Positions 38,936-52,973 of a DNA stretch of 64,000 nucleotides are shown here, one piece after another (within the stretch, counting starts at the first letter, position 1; each line of letters opens with the position of its first letter). Both the position numbers and the translations under genes were made by a program. The stretch is from Lingula anatina (lineage: Eukaryota; Animalia; Brachiopoda): the NCBI GenBank assembly GCA_051362555.1, contig CM120647.1, forward strand, positions 806,001 to 870,000. The letters run 5' to 3'. The notes under the pieces were generated by a model. The model searched no databases. It had not been told where the DNA came from and saw nothing but the letters and a program-made list of their open reading frames with translations.

Positions 38936-39536
38936 GAGAGACAGAGAGATCATGTTATCAACTATTTCGGATAATCCACTAAGCTTTGAGTAGAAACATT
39001 TGGATATCATCCAAAACTAAAACATTTAATACCTGCAGCACCGATACTCTTATCACATTGATGTCCTTGGCACGTCTTTTCTGTCGTTATTATACAATTA
39101 AGATTCATTTTACTAGCTACCAGCCAGCATGAAACGTGACCAATGACCTAAATAAATCTACATTTTGAACAGTGCTCAGACAGCATGCTGCAGTATGAAC
39201 GCAGTCAGCACAGCGGACGAACAGATCAGCAAGGGGATTACGCAACAAGCATTCAATTGGGTCGACTATATTTTGATCCGCGAATCTGTTAGTCCGATGT
39301 TCTGAATGCTGCCTCATATTGTAGTCACATCCTTTCAACTTCAAGTGTTTCCTTTATCGAATTTATTACCAATGATTTACATTGTTATAGCTCTGTGATA
39401 AAATAACCAACAGTTTGTAAAAAAAAAAAGAAAAAAGTAACTATGCACAGAGACAATTACTTCACTCCTGAATATAACAAGAAATACCTTAGCAAATGTA
39501 AATTATGATCTTTATTTTCAGCTCAGAACTTACAGG

Positions 39537-40363
39537 ATGAAGAACGTGGCTGTCGTTCTTGTTTTACTTGCAGTCACCATTCGCTGCGGGGGTAAGTGAC
39601 CTTGGATTGACCTTCGAGTCTAGCGTTAACATGGATTAAGATCAAGATTTTTAAGATAATGTTTGTTCATCGACAGCTGTTTAAGACTCGTTTCTCTTCC
39701 CATGTTTTGTTAGATTTCTGTTTATCTTTTAGAAAGTGAGTCTCTCTTATATTCAGTAATACCCGTGGTCAGGCCTACCCAACTACCAGACTCGGCACCG
39801 AATGATCCCGAATTCACCGGTAGATCAGACCACACTACCCGTTTTCAAGGTGTGGGTCAGTACGCATTTTAAAGCATCATACCCCGGAAAAAAATTGAGA
39901 TAAGATGCAATACTTTCCAACCCCGCTGAGAATCACCACTATCACATCGTGTACTAGCCAAGAGGTGTGTTGCGTCTGATACTTCGAAGCGCGTACTGAC
40001 GCACACCCTGAAAACGGATATTGTGGTCCGATCTACCAGTGAATTCGGGCTCATTCGGTGCCCAGTCAGGTAGCTGGTTAGACTTGATACCAGTGCCTAT
40101 CAATAATTGCAGATAATTCCTGGTTAGACTAGTACTGTACATTTTCCATTTACAATTTTTTATAACCAGTAGGACAATCTGAGCTGTGTCCAGGAGATTT
40201 GCAGTGGACGTCCTGTGGGACACCGTGTCCTCTGATTTGTGGACAAGAGGAACCAGACTTCTGTGTGGAGGTGTGTGTCCGCGGCTGCGCATGCCCACAG
40301 GACAAGGTCAGGGTCACGAGGACCAGCAGCCAGTGCGTGGAAAGCAGGGAGGACTGTCCGTAG
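39537..40363 (+). CDS. TIL-domain peptide copy 3, 82 aa (39537-39591, 40170-40363)
   Basis: ...VGQSELCPGDLQWTSCGTPCPLICGQEEPDFCVEVCVRGCACPQDKVRVTRTSSQCVESREDCP*; intact splice sites. Confidence 0.88.
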
Positions 40364-41095
40364 TGAAACGGGGACCACTTTTGTCTGAGCATTCTGGCAA
40401 CTACTTTTCAGATATGGTGTATACCTAAATAAAATATGACAAACAACGTAAAGATTGTCACCAGTTATTTATTTGTTATTTCGGCTTTGTGATAATAGAT
40501 TTAGATCGGCTGCCATATTTCTTTTAATTATTTCGATTGAGACTGATAACTTCAAACTGAGATCTAACATAAGATATGTTGGATCTTAGCTAAAAGCACA
40601 ACCAATACAGTTAATGACATAAAACCTTGGTACTCGCTTTCATTTCACGACCAAATAATTTACATTCTACATTGTAAAATTCCAGGAATGACATTTTATA
40701 TTATTGTCCCGGTTTAAGAATAACTTACTTTTAGGCTATGTCAACTCATTTTAGGACAGGATATAAAACAATATTGGGGTGTCAACTGTTGTTCACCCAC
40801 CCCCACCCCCACCCTCACCCCTACCCCCACCCCTCCGGAACCAGTCAACTGTCACTGTGAGTTAGAACTACTGCCTGGATGTTGAAATCACGTGACAGCA
40901 GGTTGCCATGTGTTGGAGATGGGGGGGGGGGGGGGGGGGGGCTCTGTTCATACCTCGGTTTACGGTTACGGCATTCTTTTAGATGTGGATCGCCTCTCTG
41001 ACACCCTGCTGGGACCAGTCACAACCGTACTGTAGAAGGTTTTAAGTAGCCCTGGCGTATTTATGCTCTTGCAGCCAAGTTGCAGTTTTTTATAT

Positions 41096-41126
<31 letters not shown>

Positions 41127-43162
41127 TAACTATGAAGAGAACAAGCCGATTAGAAGTGCACCTCCTGAGTAGAGGCTATTCACCTGGATAGCTTCATTCC
41201 CTAATGAAGATGTTCTGCTAGACATCGAAATATTGGAGGTAAATCTCAATATTAGCTGTTGACTGAAGAAAAATTACTTCATTCTTAAGCCAAGTAGAGA
41301 AATTAAAGGGAAGCAACAAATCGTACAGAAATATGAGCATGTGACCAGTTGTGATCAATAATCTTCATGCTGGAGATTTATGATATTTTCAAGATCAAAT
41401 AACCTCTTACTTCAAGAAGTACATTTTGAAAATGCACATGCTACAACTTATTGAAAGTTGCTTAATCTTCGTTTGTTTCCAAACACCATACTTACACACT
41501 CAACGTCCACACTAGCGGAGATCTAACCAGCTATGTCGCATTAACAAAACATCTGTGTATTTAAGCGTATCAAAAGTATCAAAAGCAAAACTGGACATAT
41601 ATGACGGCAGAATGTATGTGGTATGTGCTAGAACTAACAAGCAAACAAACAATTTAAAAGGAAGAATGGAGCGGCTTTATTGCAGGTACTTGGATATCGT
41701 AATGATATCGGTGACAGTTACTTGGTCGGCGGTTAATTGCGGTAGATGTGCTACAACATTCGTCACACCTGAAACAGATCAGATATCTCACCTATCGCAA
41801 TTGATGGAATCTTCGTCTGTTGGTTAAGACCTTCATATTAAAAAAAGAGGGGGGGGGGTCACTGCAAATACTTTGCAACCTGTTCAAAAGGAAGTCATTT
41901 TGTGTTACACGAGAGCTTGGTAAGGTGGCAGTCTAAGCACTCAAACATCTTCATCGTGGTCACGAGACGAGGTGGAATTTGGTCTTTTTCTGAATCAAAA
42001 TGGGAACTTGAAGTTTTGCTTGGACTAGTACGAATAAAGTACATTGGAGAATCAAAATACCCAATATCTCGTTGCACTGAACTCATATATTGTCAAACAC
42101 TTACAAGCGTTAAACATCTCCACAATGAATTTCTCGAATGTGTACTGTACTAACTCCTCGGGGACTCACGCTGAATACAATCAGATTCACACACTAAGAC
42201 CACATTTCCATTGATACCATTTATCTACTTCGCTCGGGGGACTCTTGCTGAGTGCAGTCAGTTTTGATACGTGACACGCCTCCTCTTGTTTCAACGTACT
42301 CGTATAATCAGCTTTTGTGTGTTCTATTAAACACTAACAGGCGGCGTGTTAATTTGTTAGTCTGATTGCATTATAACATTTATCAGAAATTTAACTTTTT
42401 AATGTGACAGCGTCTCAAATGGACAGTAACTTTCACCAGATCTTTAAAAAATAGCTTCTTTCCATATATCTTTCACATCAGCTGTCTCTTCAGCGTCTTT
42501 AGTGCCTTTTTTTACACATTCGTGCTTTAAAGGTACGAACCACGGTGACGGCTTAACAAATTGGCTTTATGTGCCTCTCGCATGATATGATCGAAAAAAA
42601 TAAGACCAAGAGAATGTTTGTTGGAATGCTTGCATTAATTACAGGGCCCGACATACGTTGACTCAAGTGTGGTTTGGAAGAAAAAAATGGACAGGTTGAA
42701 ACAAAAACGTCAACTCCAGATAAATATCGTGTCGGGTAAAAAGCGGTCGCAAAAGCGCACGAGATATATGGATGGCTTTACCACAACATGGTGTGTATTC
42801 TGACTTTTTTCTACTTCTTTGTTATCGATACATCCATCGATAGATCCAGACTTGATAAGAGGAGGGGAGGGGTGTCGGCACGGATAGACGCATTTCCTTA
42901 TACTGAATGATGAACAGCCAGAATATGAAAATTGTAGAAGCTATCAAGGACACTCGCCCTTCTTATATTCCCGCGCGTCAGTCTCCCCTGGCAACGGTTT
43001 CTATAGCAGGTCCGCACATGTAGCTAGCTATGGCAAAATAAATAAAGGGGGGGGGGCTTTTTATGAAAATGTGGACTTGTTGTCAGGAATCCTTAGTTTA
43101 CGTAGATCAGATTTACCCAGAGTAGTTCTTTACCCAGTAAAAAAAAGGAGGGGGGTCTTTAG

Positions 43163-43199
<37 letters not shown>

Positions 43200-43595
43200 C
43201 TACGGGCCTGCTGTAGACAATTTTACAAGGACCTTTGGCAGGCCCACTCTGGGTAAAATTTCATCTAGGTACATGAAGTTTTTATGGGAAAAGGTCCACT
43301 TTTTCAGAAAAAAAAACCCCTTTTGAAATTGCTGGCTACGGGCCTGTTTGTTCTATAGCTCTTATACAGTGCACCGGAGTCATTCAAATTAAAGGTACTG
43401 CACTTATTGTTCTCCCCCATACGAGCAGTCAGTGAATATAAATTAAGTGTATTTTTCGCGAAATATGAAAGAAAATCTTCTGCTTATTAAAGTCACCTGT
43501 ATGTACAAATCCTCTGTATCAATTGTATAGGCACAATTGTTCTGACCCCCCCTCCCCGTCTTGCAAACTGAGGTTAACAATGCCTGTAACCTTAA

Positions 43596-46051
43596 AGGAC
43601 AATGTTCATGTAAAAATCCATTTCTCGAATTTTGAAGATACAGCACTCAATCTATACACTAGAGGTATGTTTTAATCGATCCCCGCCATTTAAAAATTAT
43701 AAAAACAATCTATTAGTAGAAAAAAAGCGTTTTAGTAAACCTCACCTCAATATGCAAAAATGAAACAACAGATCTGGGTCACGTGGTACTGTGACAACAA
43801 TCACGATAAAGGTCTTTGAGACTCAACTGAGCTGCGTGGTGCATACAGACGGAGAAGTTAAGGAAAGTTGTGTTGAACGGAGTTGAGGAATTTTCGTTAT
43901 GCCTCGGTGTGTTGCCGTGGGATTCACCAAAATTGCAGCTCTCGTTGACAATCTTTCTTTGTCTGTGACGGTCTTCCGTGACTTACTTACTAACTTCGGT
44001 GACAATAGTTGCGATGCTCTAGATCATGGTCACCTCAGGTGGTTTAGATCATATCAAGAGCTGGTAGTCTTTCAGATTAACTGTCATCAGTTGGCAAACT
44101 TACTGATTGCTGATGCATTTTAAATGCATTGTAGTTGACCAAAAGCTCGTTTACAACAAACCTGTTAATTATGCACCGCTGCAATTCCCAAGCCAGGTAA
44201 TAACAGGTATGAAACTCGTCTTGGTGGGCTTTCATATTTTTCAATATATCTCATTTATTTCATGGGGTTATTTTATTGGTATTTGTAAATGACGTTAAAT
44301 ATCAATACTTAAACAATTAAGTTCAAACACGGTCGCGAACATTAATAAAAGAAATTGCTCTCAGGGTATCTTGAAGCTTTCGTGGAAGAAAACGTGTTGA
44401 GGAAAAACAGGAAAAAGAGCGTTATATTAAAGAAAAAATGGGAACTTCTATAATAAAATGGTTCCTTATCCTAATTCGTTTATGCTTTGAGGATTTGTTT
44501 GTGAAGATTATTTCATCTGAAATATTAAATAATTTAAAAGATTGATTATTTTATAACTTGAAACGCAAATTCTGCGTCAGACGCAATTTTTTTTTTTTGC
44601 AAATTTGTAAGCTTATAACACCGTGCTATAAAGATCTACTCAAGAAAAAAAATTTGCTTGGGTAAAATTGAGTACGGAATGAACTGGAGACACTTGGCTT
44701 GTCATTAAGTTTACACGAAAATATGTCAGGTAACTTTATACTGTCTTTGAAAGAGTAAAGATTGAAAGATAATTTTAGACAAACTTTGACGGGGGAAATA
44801 CCTACAAAGAGTAATGGGCTATTTCGCCAACATCTTGTTGAAAATTTTACACTGCAATTCTATTCAAATAAGCTAAGGAACTAATTGCCAAATTAATACT
44901 CTCATCACATAACAGGGGGGTAACCAGACCTGCAAAAATTGTACGCACATATTTAAAAAGATTACAAGCACATACAGCAAAATGTAGACTTACGCAAAAC
45001 ATGAAGGACAGCGTAATCACAGCAAATGTACCTCATATAGTAGCTTAAATTCCATTAATAATAAAATCATCATTTAAGTCAAAAATATTCTTGCGATTTA
45101 ATAACTATTTTAATTTACCCAGAACGGTATATTTATTTTAAAGGCGGTTAACTGAAATAAGTTTTATGATTTGTTTGTGAAAATTGCCCATGTCACCCTT
45201 TTAGTTTGGAGGTCTAAGCTGGATCAAGTCCGTGTTAAAATTCCTATGAAGCAGGAAAAATTCTTCCTTTCTTTCTCTAGCTCCTCAATAAACCTGGTGT
45301 TCAGATTTTATCTAGTACCCCCAGGTCTACGGGAGCTGCGCTTTGTAACTAACGCACAGGTAGATTTTTACCTGAGATAACTGGAGTAAAGCTTAGATAG
45401 AGAGTGCGTTCGATACAAGCAAGACAAATTGAATGCCATTTAACCCTCTAATTAAGAGGTAAGGGAAGTTCCAGTTAGATGGATGATTAAGATAGGACTT
45501 GTAAAGGTAACGGGCATTGTTTACCTCAGTTTAATAAAAGTATGCAAGACGGAGTGTCAGCGGTTTAATAAAATAAATTGAATTTCACAAATAGCATGGA
45601 CCTCATATGCAATAATCAACATTTCCCTTAACTCATTCAAATACAGTGTTTTATACAACTTGGGATAACCATAATGAAATGCTTGTTAAAGAAATGACTA
45701 GACGGGAAATGGTTTTACACAGCTTCACGAGGATTTAGACCCCTCGGGTAAGAGATTTGAATGAGTATAAACTTTTATCAGAAGCCAGAGAAGTCATCTT
45801 ACAGGTAGACAATGCAGCTCAGTTTGACAGCTAAGCACGCTCTGTTCTCCAGTGGCTCGATTGTCGTCATTGGACCACGTGACCACGTAGCTCATTAACT
45901 CCCAGACCGAGCAAATAGGACGTTTTTTAAAGCCAAAAATTTACAAAATGAGCTTTTAATTTGTGTATTTGGATAAAGATATCGTTAGTTGGGCATGTTT
46001 TCTGAAGAATATGTTCCGTTCAGGCCATTCTGACGGCATGAAGCAAACCCT
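43596..46051. mobile_element. Kolobok-like non-autonomous DNA transposon (TTAA TSD, AGG...CCT ends)
   Basis: TTAA|AGGACAATGTTCATG ... CATGAAGCAAACCCT|TTAA; empty site GTAACCTTAACAAGTCC in copies 1 and 2; no long ORF. Confidence 0.75.
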
Positions 46052-48303
46052 TTAACAAGTCCTATCTTAATCGTCCATCTAACTGGAACTTCCTTTACTT
46101 CTTAATAAAGGGTACCGGAGAAGATTAGCATAGGTCAGAATTGTGCCGGAAGTGTGACGTCAAATGGTGTTAGAAGCGAAGCTGAGTGGTCATTTTAACC
46201 TGGAGGTGAACGGGAGAGAAGAGGTGAAGTCGGAGGAAAAAGAAGTTTTCTAAACAACATGGTAAGATAAGTCTCTTTTTTTACGAATTTTGGGCAGAGA
46301 ATACCTGTAAGATTAATAGATGCATGATATGAAAACGTGACACGGAACTTGAAGGTGCAAAATCGTGCTTAATTTGCGGTCAACTTGTTTTGAAATAAAT
46401 GCTGCATCGACCGCCAGCGCGACAAAGAGCGTAAAGGGAAAATAATTCCGGGGAGCCTATGAATCGTTGTAATGTGGAAATTTGGCATTAATATAATCTG
46501 ATATGTCCATATCTAAGAATTTTTGGGTGTTTTATGGTTTGGGCTGCAATTATAACGATGTTATAGAGGTCTTGAATAAATAACAGTTAAAATGCACTGT
46601 ATGTTATGATTGTGCGGATTGTTTTGCCCATTTATAAATAATATAATATACATTTAATGATGTTATACAATGATGTGAATCGTTTTGCCCATAAATATTA
46701 TATGTGGAAATGAATAAAATTAATTACATGCATGTACACGTATGTAGGCATTGTGCCAGCTCAGGAAGATGACCCCCCCCCCCCCCACACACACACACAC
46801 ACACACACTTCCTCAGTTGCCAAAGTCAACACCCCGAAACATTCATTTTAAAAAAATCACGTGAAAATCCTTATAAATAAATGGTAACGTTAATTTATAC
46901 AGTGCAAAATTCTGCTCCTTGTAACGCTGTTTCAACTCATTTGAGTTATTCGTTTCTCATATTACATGTGCGATTCCTTAAAACGACACACACACACAAG
47001 AAAACGCCTAAACAAAAAGTTTACCCCTACTTCTTGTGGGTCATACGTCTACGTCATCATATTGTGAGTGGGAATACAGCGCACCAAGTATTATGAAAAA
47101 TAACTAGTTCTCACACGAAGACCTCTATTGGCAAAATCCCCTAGCCCATCTTAGAATATTACTTCCAGGGAAACATCGTAGCACGTGGGTAGTTACGCAA
47201 GACCTGTGACGTATATCGCGCGCAAGGTTATTCGTCACGTGATACAGCGCCATATACCTGTCCTCCTGTGACGATATTGTGTTAGTTGAGATTGTTTTAT
47301 AGTGCTACCGGTAGATGTCTCTATAAGTAAAGTGTTACCCGGTGTGCAAGTTTGAATCTCTCCCGTGATTGGTAAATTAAAGGTAAAACTGTTCACTGTA
47401 TAATTGGTTCTGATTGGTAAACGTGTACTATCTGAACTTGTATATAAGGTGTGACGTGACTAACTGTTTCTGGTCATTTTATATTAGACTGACAAGGGCC
47501 GTTGTGGAAATCCATCAACAGGTTTCGCCGTCTGTTTGGTGAGTGTCAGTAATATTGAAATCATCTATTTGTGTTAAGTCGCTGTATGTATTAAGAATGT
47601 GCGTAGGCGCACTGATTGACACCAACGTACTGTACATGTATCGGGACAAAAATGATTACACACACACATGCACACACGCACACACACACACACAGAGGAG
47701 AGAGAGAGAGATCATGTTATCAACTATTTCGGATAATCCACTAAGCTTTGAGTAGAAACATTTGGATATCATCCAAAACTAAAACATTTAATACCTGCAG
47801 CACCGATACTCTTATCACATTGATGTCCTTGGCACGTCTTTTCTGTCGTTGTTATACAATTAAGATTCATTTTACTAGCTACCAGCCAGCATGAAGCGTG
47901 ACCAATGACCTAAATAAATCTACATTTTGAACAGTGCTCAGACAGCATGCTGCAGTATGAACGCAGTCAGCACAGCGGACGAACAGATCAGCGAGGGGAT
48001 TACGCAACAAGCATTCAATTGGGTAGACTATATTTTGATCCGCGAATCTGTTAGTCCGATGTTCTGAATGCTGCCTCATATTGTAGTCACATCCTTTCAA
48101 CTTCAAGTGTTTCCTTTATCTAAATTATTACCAATGATTTACATTGTTATAGCTCTGTGATAAAATAACCAACAGTTTGTAAAAAAAAAAAAAAAGAAAA
48201 AAAGTAACTATGCACAGAGACAATTACTTCACTCCTGAATATAACAAGAAATATCTTAGCAAAGGTAAATTATTATCTTTATTTTCAGCTCAGAACTTAC
48301 AGG

Positions 48304-49136
48304 ATGAAGAACGTGGCTGTCGTCCTTGTTTTACTTGCAGTCACCATACGCTGCGGGGGTAAGTGACCTTGGATTGACCTTCGAGTCTAGCGTTAACATG
48401 GATTAAGATCAAGATTTTTAAGATAATGTTTGTTCATCGACAGCTGTTTAAGGCTCGTTTGTCTCGTCTCCCAATGTTTTGTTAGATTTCTGTTTATCTT
48501 TTAGAAAGTGAGTCTCTCTTATATTCAGTAATACCCGTGGTCAGGCCTACCCAACTACCAGACTCGGCACCGAATGATCCCGAACTCACCGGTAGATCGG
48601 ACCACACTACCCGATTTCAAGGTGTGTTTCAGTACGAATTTCACAGTATCATACCCCGGAACAGATTTTGAGATGAGATGCACTACTTTCCAACCCCGCT
48701 GAGAATCATCACTATCACACTGCGTACCAGGCAAGAGCGGTGTCTCGTCTGATACTTCGAAGCGCGTACTGACCCACACCTTGAAAACGGGTGGTGTGCT
48801 CCGATCTACCAGTGAATTCGGGCTCATTCGGTGCCCAGTCAGGTAGCTGGTTAGACTTGATACCAGTACCAATCAATAATTGCAGATAATTCCTGGTTAG
48901 ACTAGTACTGTACATTTTCCATTTACAATTTTTTATAAGCAGTGGGACAATCGGAGCTGTGTCCTGGAGATTTGCAGTGGACGTCCTGTGGGACACCGTG
49001 TCCGCTGGTTTGTGGACAAGAGGAAGCAGACGTCTGTATGGAGGTGTGTGTCCCCGGCTGCGCATGCCCACAGGACAAGGTCAGGGTCACGAGGACCAGC
49101 AGCCAGTGCGTGGACAGCAGGGAGGACTGTCCGTAG
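48304..49136 (+). CDS. TIL-domain peptide copy 4, 82 aa (48304-48358, 48943-49136)
   Basis: ...VGQSELCPGDLQWTSCGTPCPLVCGQEEADVCMEVCVPGCACPQDKVRVTRTSSQCVDSREDCP*; intact splice sites. Confidence 0.88.
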
Positions 49137-49827
49137 TGAAACGGGGACCACTTTGTCTGAGCATTTTGGCAACTACTTTTCATATAGGCCTATGGTGTAT
49201 ACCTAAATAAAATATGACAAACAACGTAAAGGTTGTCACCAGTTATTTATTTGTTATTTTGGCTTTGTGATAATAGATTTAGATCGGCTGCCATATTTCT
49301 TTTAATTATTTCGATTGAGACTGATAACTTCAAACTGAGATCTAACATAAGATATGTTGGATCTTAGCTAAAATTACAACCAATACAGTTAATGACATAA
49401 AACCTTGGTACTCGCTTTCATTTCACGACCAAACAATTTACATTCTACATTGTAAAATTCCAGGAATGACATTTTATATTATTGTCCCGGTTTAAGAATA
49501 ACTTACATTGTACTTATATGTCAACTCATTTTAGGACAGGAAATAAAATAGCATTGGGGTGTCAACTGTTGTCCACCCACCCCCAGCCCCACCCCCACCC
49601 CCACCCCCACCCTTCCGGAACCAGTCAACTGTCACTGTGAGTTAAAACTACTGCCTGGATGTTGTCATCACGTGACAGCAGGTTGCCATGTGTACGGTGC
49701 TGGCATTCTTTTAGATGTGGATCGCCTCTCTGACACCCTGCTGGGACCAGTCACAACCGTACTGTAGAAGGTTTTAGGTAGCCCTGGCGTATTTATGCTC
49801 TTGCAGCCAAGTTGCAGTGTTTTATAT

Positions 49828-49862
<35 letters not shown>

Positions 49863-52800
49863 TAACTATGAAGAGAACAAGCCGATTAGAAGTGCACCTC
49901 CTGAGTACAGGCTATTCACCTGGATAGCTTCATTCCCTAATGAAGATGTTCTGCTAGACATCGAAATATTGGAGGTAAATCTCAATATTAGCTATTGACT
50001 GAAGAAAAATTACTTCATTCTTAAGCCAAGTAGAGAAATTAAAGGGAAGCAACAAATCGTACAGAAATGTGAGCATGTGACCAGTTGTGATCAATAATCT
50101 TCATGCTGGAGATTTATGATATTTTCAAGATCAAATACCCTCTTACTTCAAGAAGTACATTTTGAAAATGCACATGCTACAACTTATTGAAAGTTGCTTA
50201 ATCTTCGTTTGTTTCCAAACACCATACTTACACACTCAACGTCCACACTAGCGGAGATCTAACCAGCTATGTCGCATTAACAAAACATCTGTGTATTTAA
50301 GCGTATCAAAAGTATCAAAAGCAAAACTGGACATATATGACGGCAGAATGCATGTGGTATGTGCTAGAACTAACAAGCAAACAAACGATATAAAAGGAAG
50401 AATGGAGCGGCTTTGTTGCAGGTACTTGGATATCGTAATGATGTCGGTGACAGTTACTTGGTCGGCAGTTAATTGCGGTAGATGTGCTACAACATTCGTC
50501 ACACCTGAAACAGATCAGATATCTCACCTATCGCAATTGATGGAATCTTCGTCTGTTGGTTAGGACCTTCATATTAAAAAAAGAGGGGGGAGGGGTCACT
50601 GCAAATACTTTGCAACCTGTTCAAAAGGAAGTCATTGTGTGTTACACGAGAGCTTGGTAAAGTGGCAGTCTAATCTCTCAAACATCTTCATCGTGGTCAC
50701 GAGACGAGGTGAAATTTGGTCTTTTTCTGAATCAAAATGGGAACTTGGAAGTTTTGCTTGGATAAGTACGAGTAAAGTACATTGGAGAATCAAAATGCCC
50801 AATCGCTCGTTCCACTGAACTCATATTTTTTGTCAAACACTTGCAAGCGTTAAACATCTTCACAATGAATTTCTCGAATGCGTACTAACTCCTCGGTGAC
50901 TCGCGCTGAATATAACCAGATTAACACACTAAGACCCCATTTCCGTTGATACCATCGATCTACATGTACTTCGCTCGATGGGGACTCTTGCTGAGTGCAG
51001 TCAGCTTTAATACGTGACACACCTCCTCTTGTTCCAACGTACTCGTATAATCATCTCTGTGTGTTCTATTAAACGCTAAGAGGAGGCGTGTTAATCTGTT
51101 AGTCTGATTACATTATAATATTTATAAAAATTTTAACTTTTTAATGTGACAGCGTCTACTATACACTTTAACTTTCAATAGATCTTTAAAAGCAAACGTT
51201 TTCCATATATCTTTCACATCAGCTGTCTCTTCAGCGTCTTTAGTGCATTTTCTTTACACATTCGTGCTTTAAAGGTACACACGAACCACAGTGACGGCTT
51301 GACAAATTGGCCTTATGTGCCTCTCGCATGATATGCTCGAAAAAAATAAGACCAAGATAATGTTTGTTGGAATGCTTGCATTAATTACAGGGCCCGACAT
51401 ACGTTGACCCAAGTGTGGTTTGGAAGAAAAAATAGACAGGTTGAAATAAAAAACATCAACCCAGATAAATATCGTGTCGGGTAAAAAGCGGTCGCAAAAG
51501 CGCACGAGATATATGGATGGCTTTACCACAACATGGTGTGTATTCTGACTTTTTTCTTCTTCTTTGTTATCGATACATCCATCAATATGTCCAGACTTGA
51601 TAAGAGGAGGGGAGGGGTTGTTGGTACGGATAGACCTCGCCTGTTTTTGAGAGAAAAAGACGCATTTCCTTATACTGAATGATGAACAGTCAGGATATGA
51701 AAATTGTAGAAGCTATCAAGGATACTCGCGCGTCAGTCTCCCCTGGCAACGGTTTCTATAGCAGGCCCGTACATGTAGCTAGCTATTGCAAAGGGGGCGG
51801 GGTCTTTTTCTGAAATATGGACTTGTTTTCATGATATCTTAGTTTACCTCGATCAAATTTACCCAAAGTGGTTCTTTACCCAGTAAAAAAAGGGGGGGGG
51901 GGTTCTTTCGAACCCCCCGAACCCCCCCTGGCTACGGGCCTGCTATAGACATCCCTTACAAGGGCCTTTGTTCCATAGCTCTTATACAGTGTACCAGAGT
52001 CAATCATATTAAAGGTACCACTCTTATTGTTCTCCCCCATATGAGCAGTCAGTGAATACCTGTGTTAAATGAACTCGTGGGATTATTGTACATGAATCAA
52101 TTAATGTTCCACACGCTTACAACTACAAGCAGGCCCTCTGCGACTGTTCAAACTGGGCGTGCCGTGCGCACAAACTAATTTAATATCTCTCTGCTACCGA
52201 TATCTGCGCACCCACTTACAACATAATAGTGCACCTTAATGATATCATATATCTAATGTCGCCATCACTCCCACACAATATGGTTTAATAACAACGGCGG
52301 TGGTCCACCCCCACGACAAACGATAGAAACGGTGAAAAATAAAGTCGAGTTTGTAGGCAGCCTTAAATGGACAGTTATGTGACCGCTGAGAGTTGTCGGT
52401 CACCTACTTAAGCCTATAGATCTAGCGAGTCCCTCGATATCATTTCAAACCTTTTCCATAATCGCTAGTGTAATTAATGTTTACAGATTTTGTTTAAAAA
52501 GTTTAAGTGAATAAATATTGAAGAACATTCAATGAAAGTATCTGTCTACGTAAATCCATCCTATCCTGCGGGGACTCTTGCTGAATGCAGTCACATTAAC
52601 AAATTAACACGCGTCCTGTATAATGTACTCGTATGATCATCAGCTTCTCTGTGTTCTGCTAAGTGCCAAGAGGAGGTGTGTTAATATCTTCGTCTAATTG
52701 TATTCCCTCGGAGTTGAGACGATAGAACGATAGTGTAATAGTAAATGAGCTCTAAAACTGGCCCTCGCTTGAAATAATGCTGCGGAGATGGTTTTATTTT

Positions 52801-52973
52801 TACTTTTATTACAATTTCACTTCCAACAGTGCCCCTACGGGAATTATTCCGCGTAAATGACAGGCGTGAAAGGAATGGTAGTCCTAGGAATGGAAACCCA
52901 TATGATTACTACAGGAAAGGGTTAGTCGGAGTATTGGAGCTACATGTACATGTAGTACTGTATATGGGACAAA

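Larger units (their letters stand above)
24000..52058. repeat. Four tandem segmental duplications (starting at about 24000, 30659, 37398 and 47232), each carrying one TIL gene
   Basis: Colinear, near-identical blocks anchored at TCGTCACGTGATACAGCGCC; base unit about 6.7 kb; copy 3 is enlarged by insertions; copy 4 stops matching at about 52058. Confidence 0.9.
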
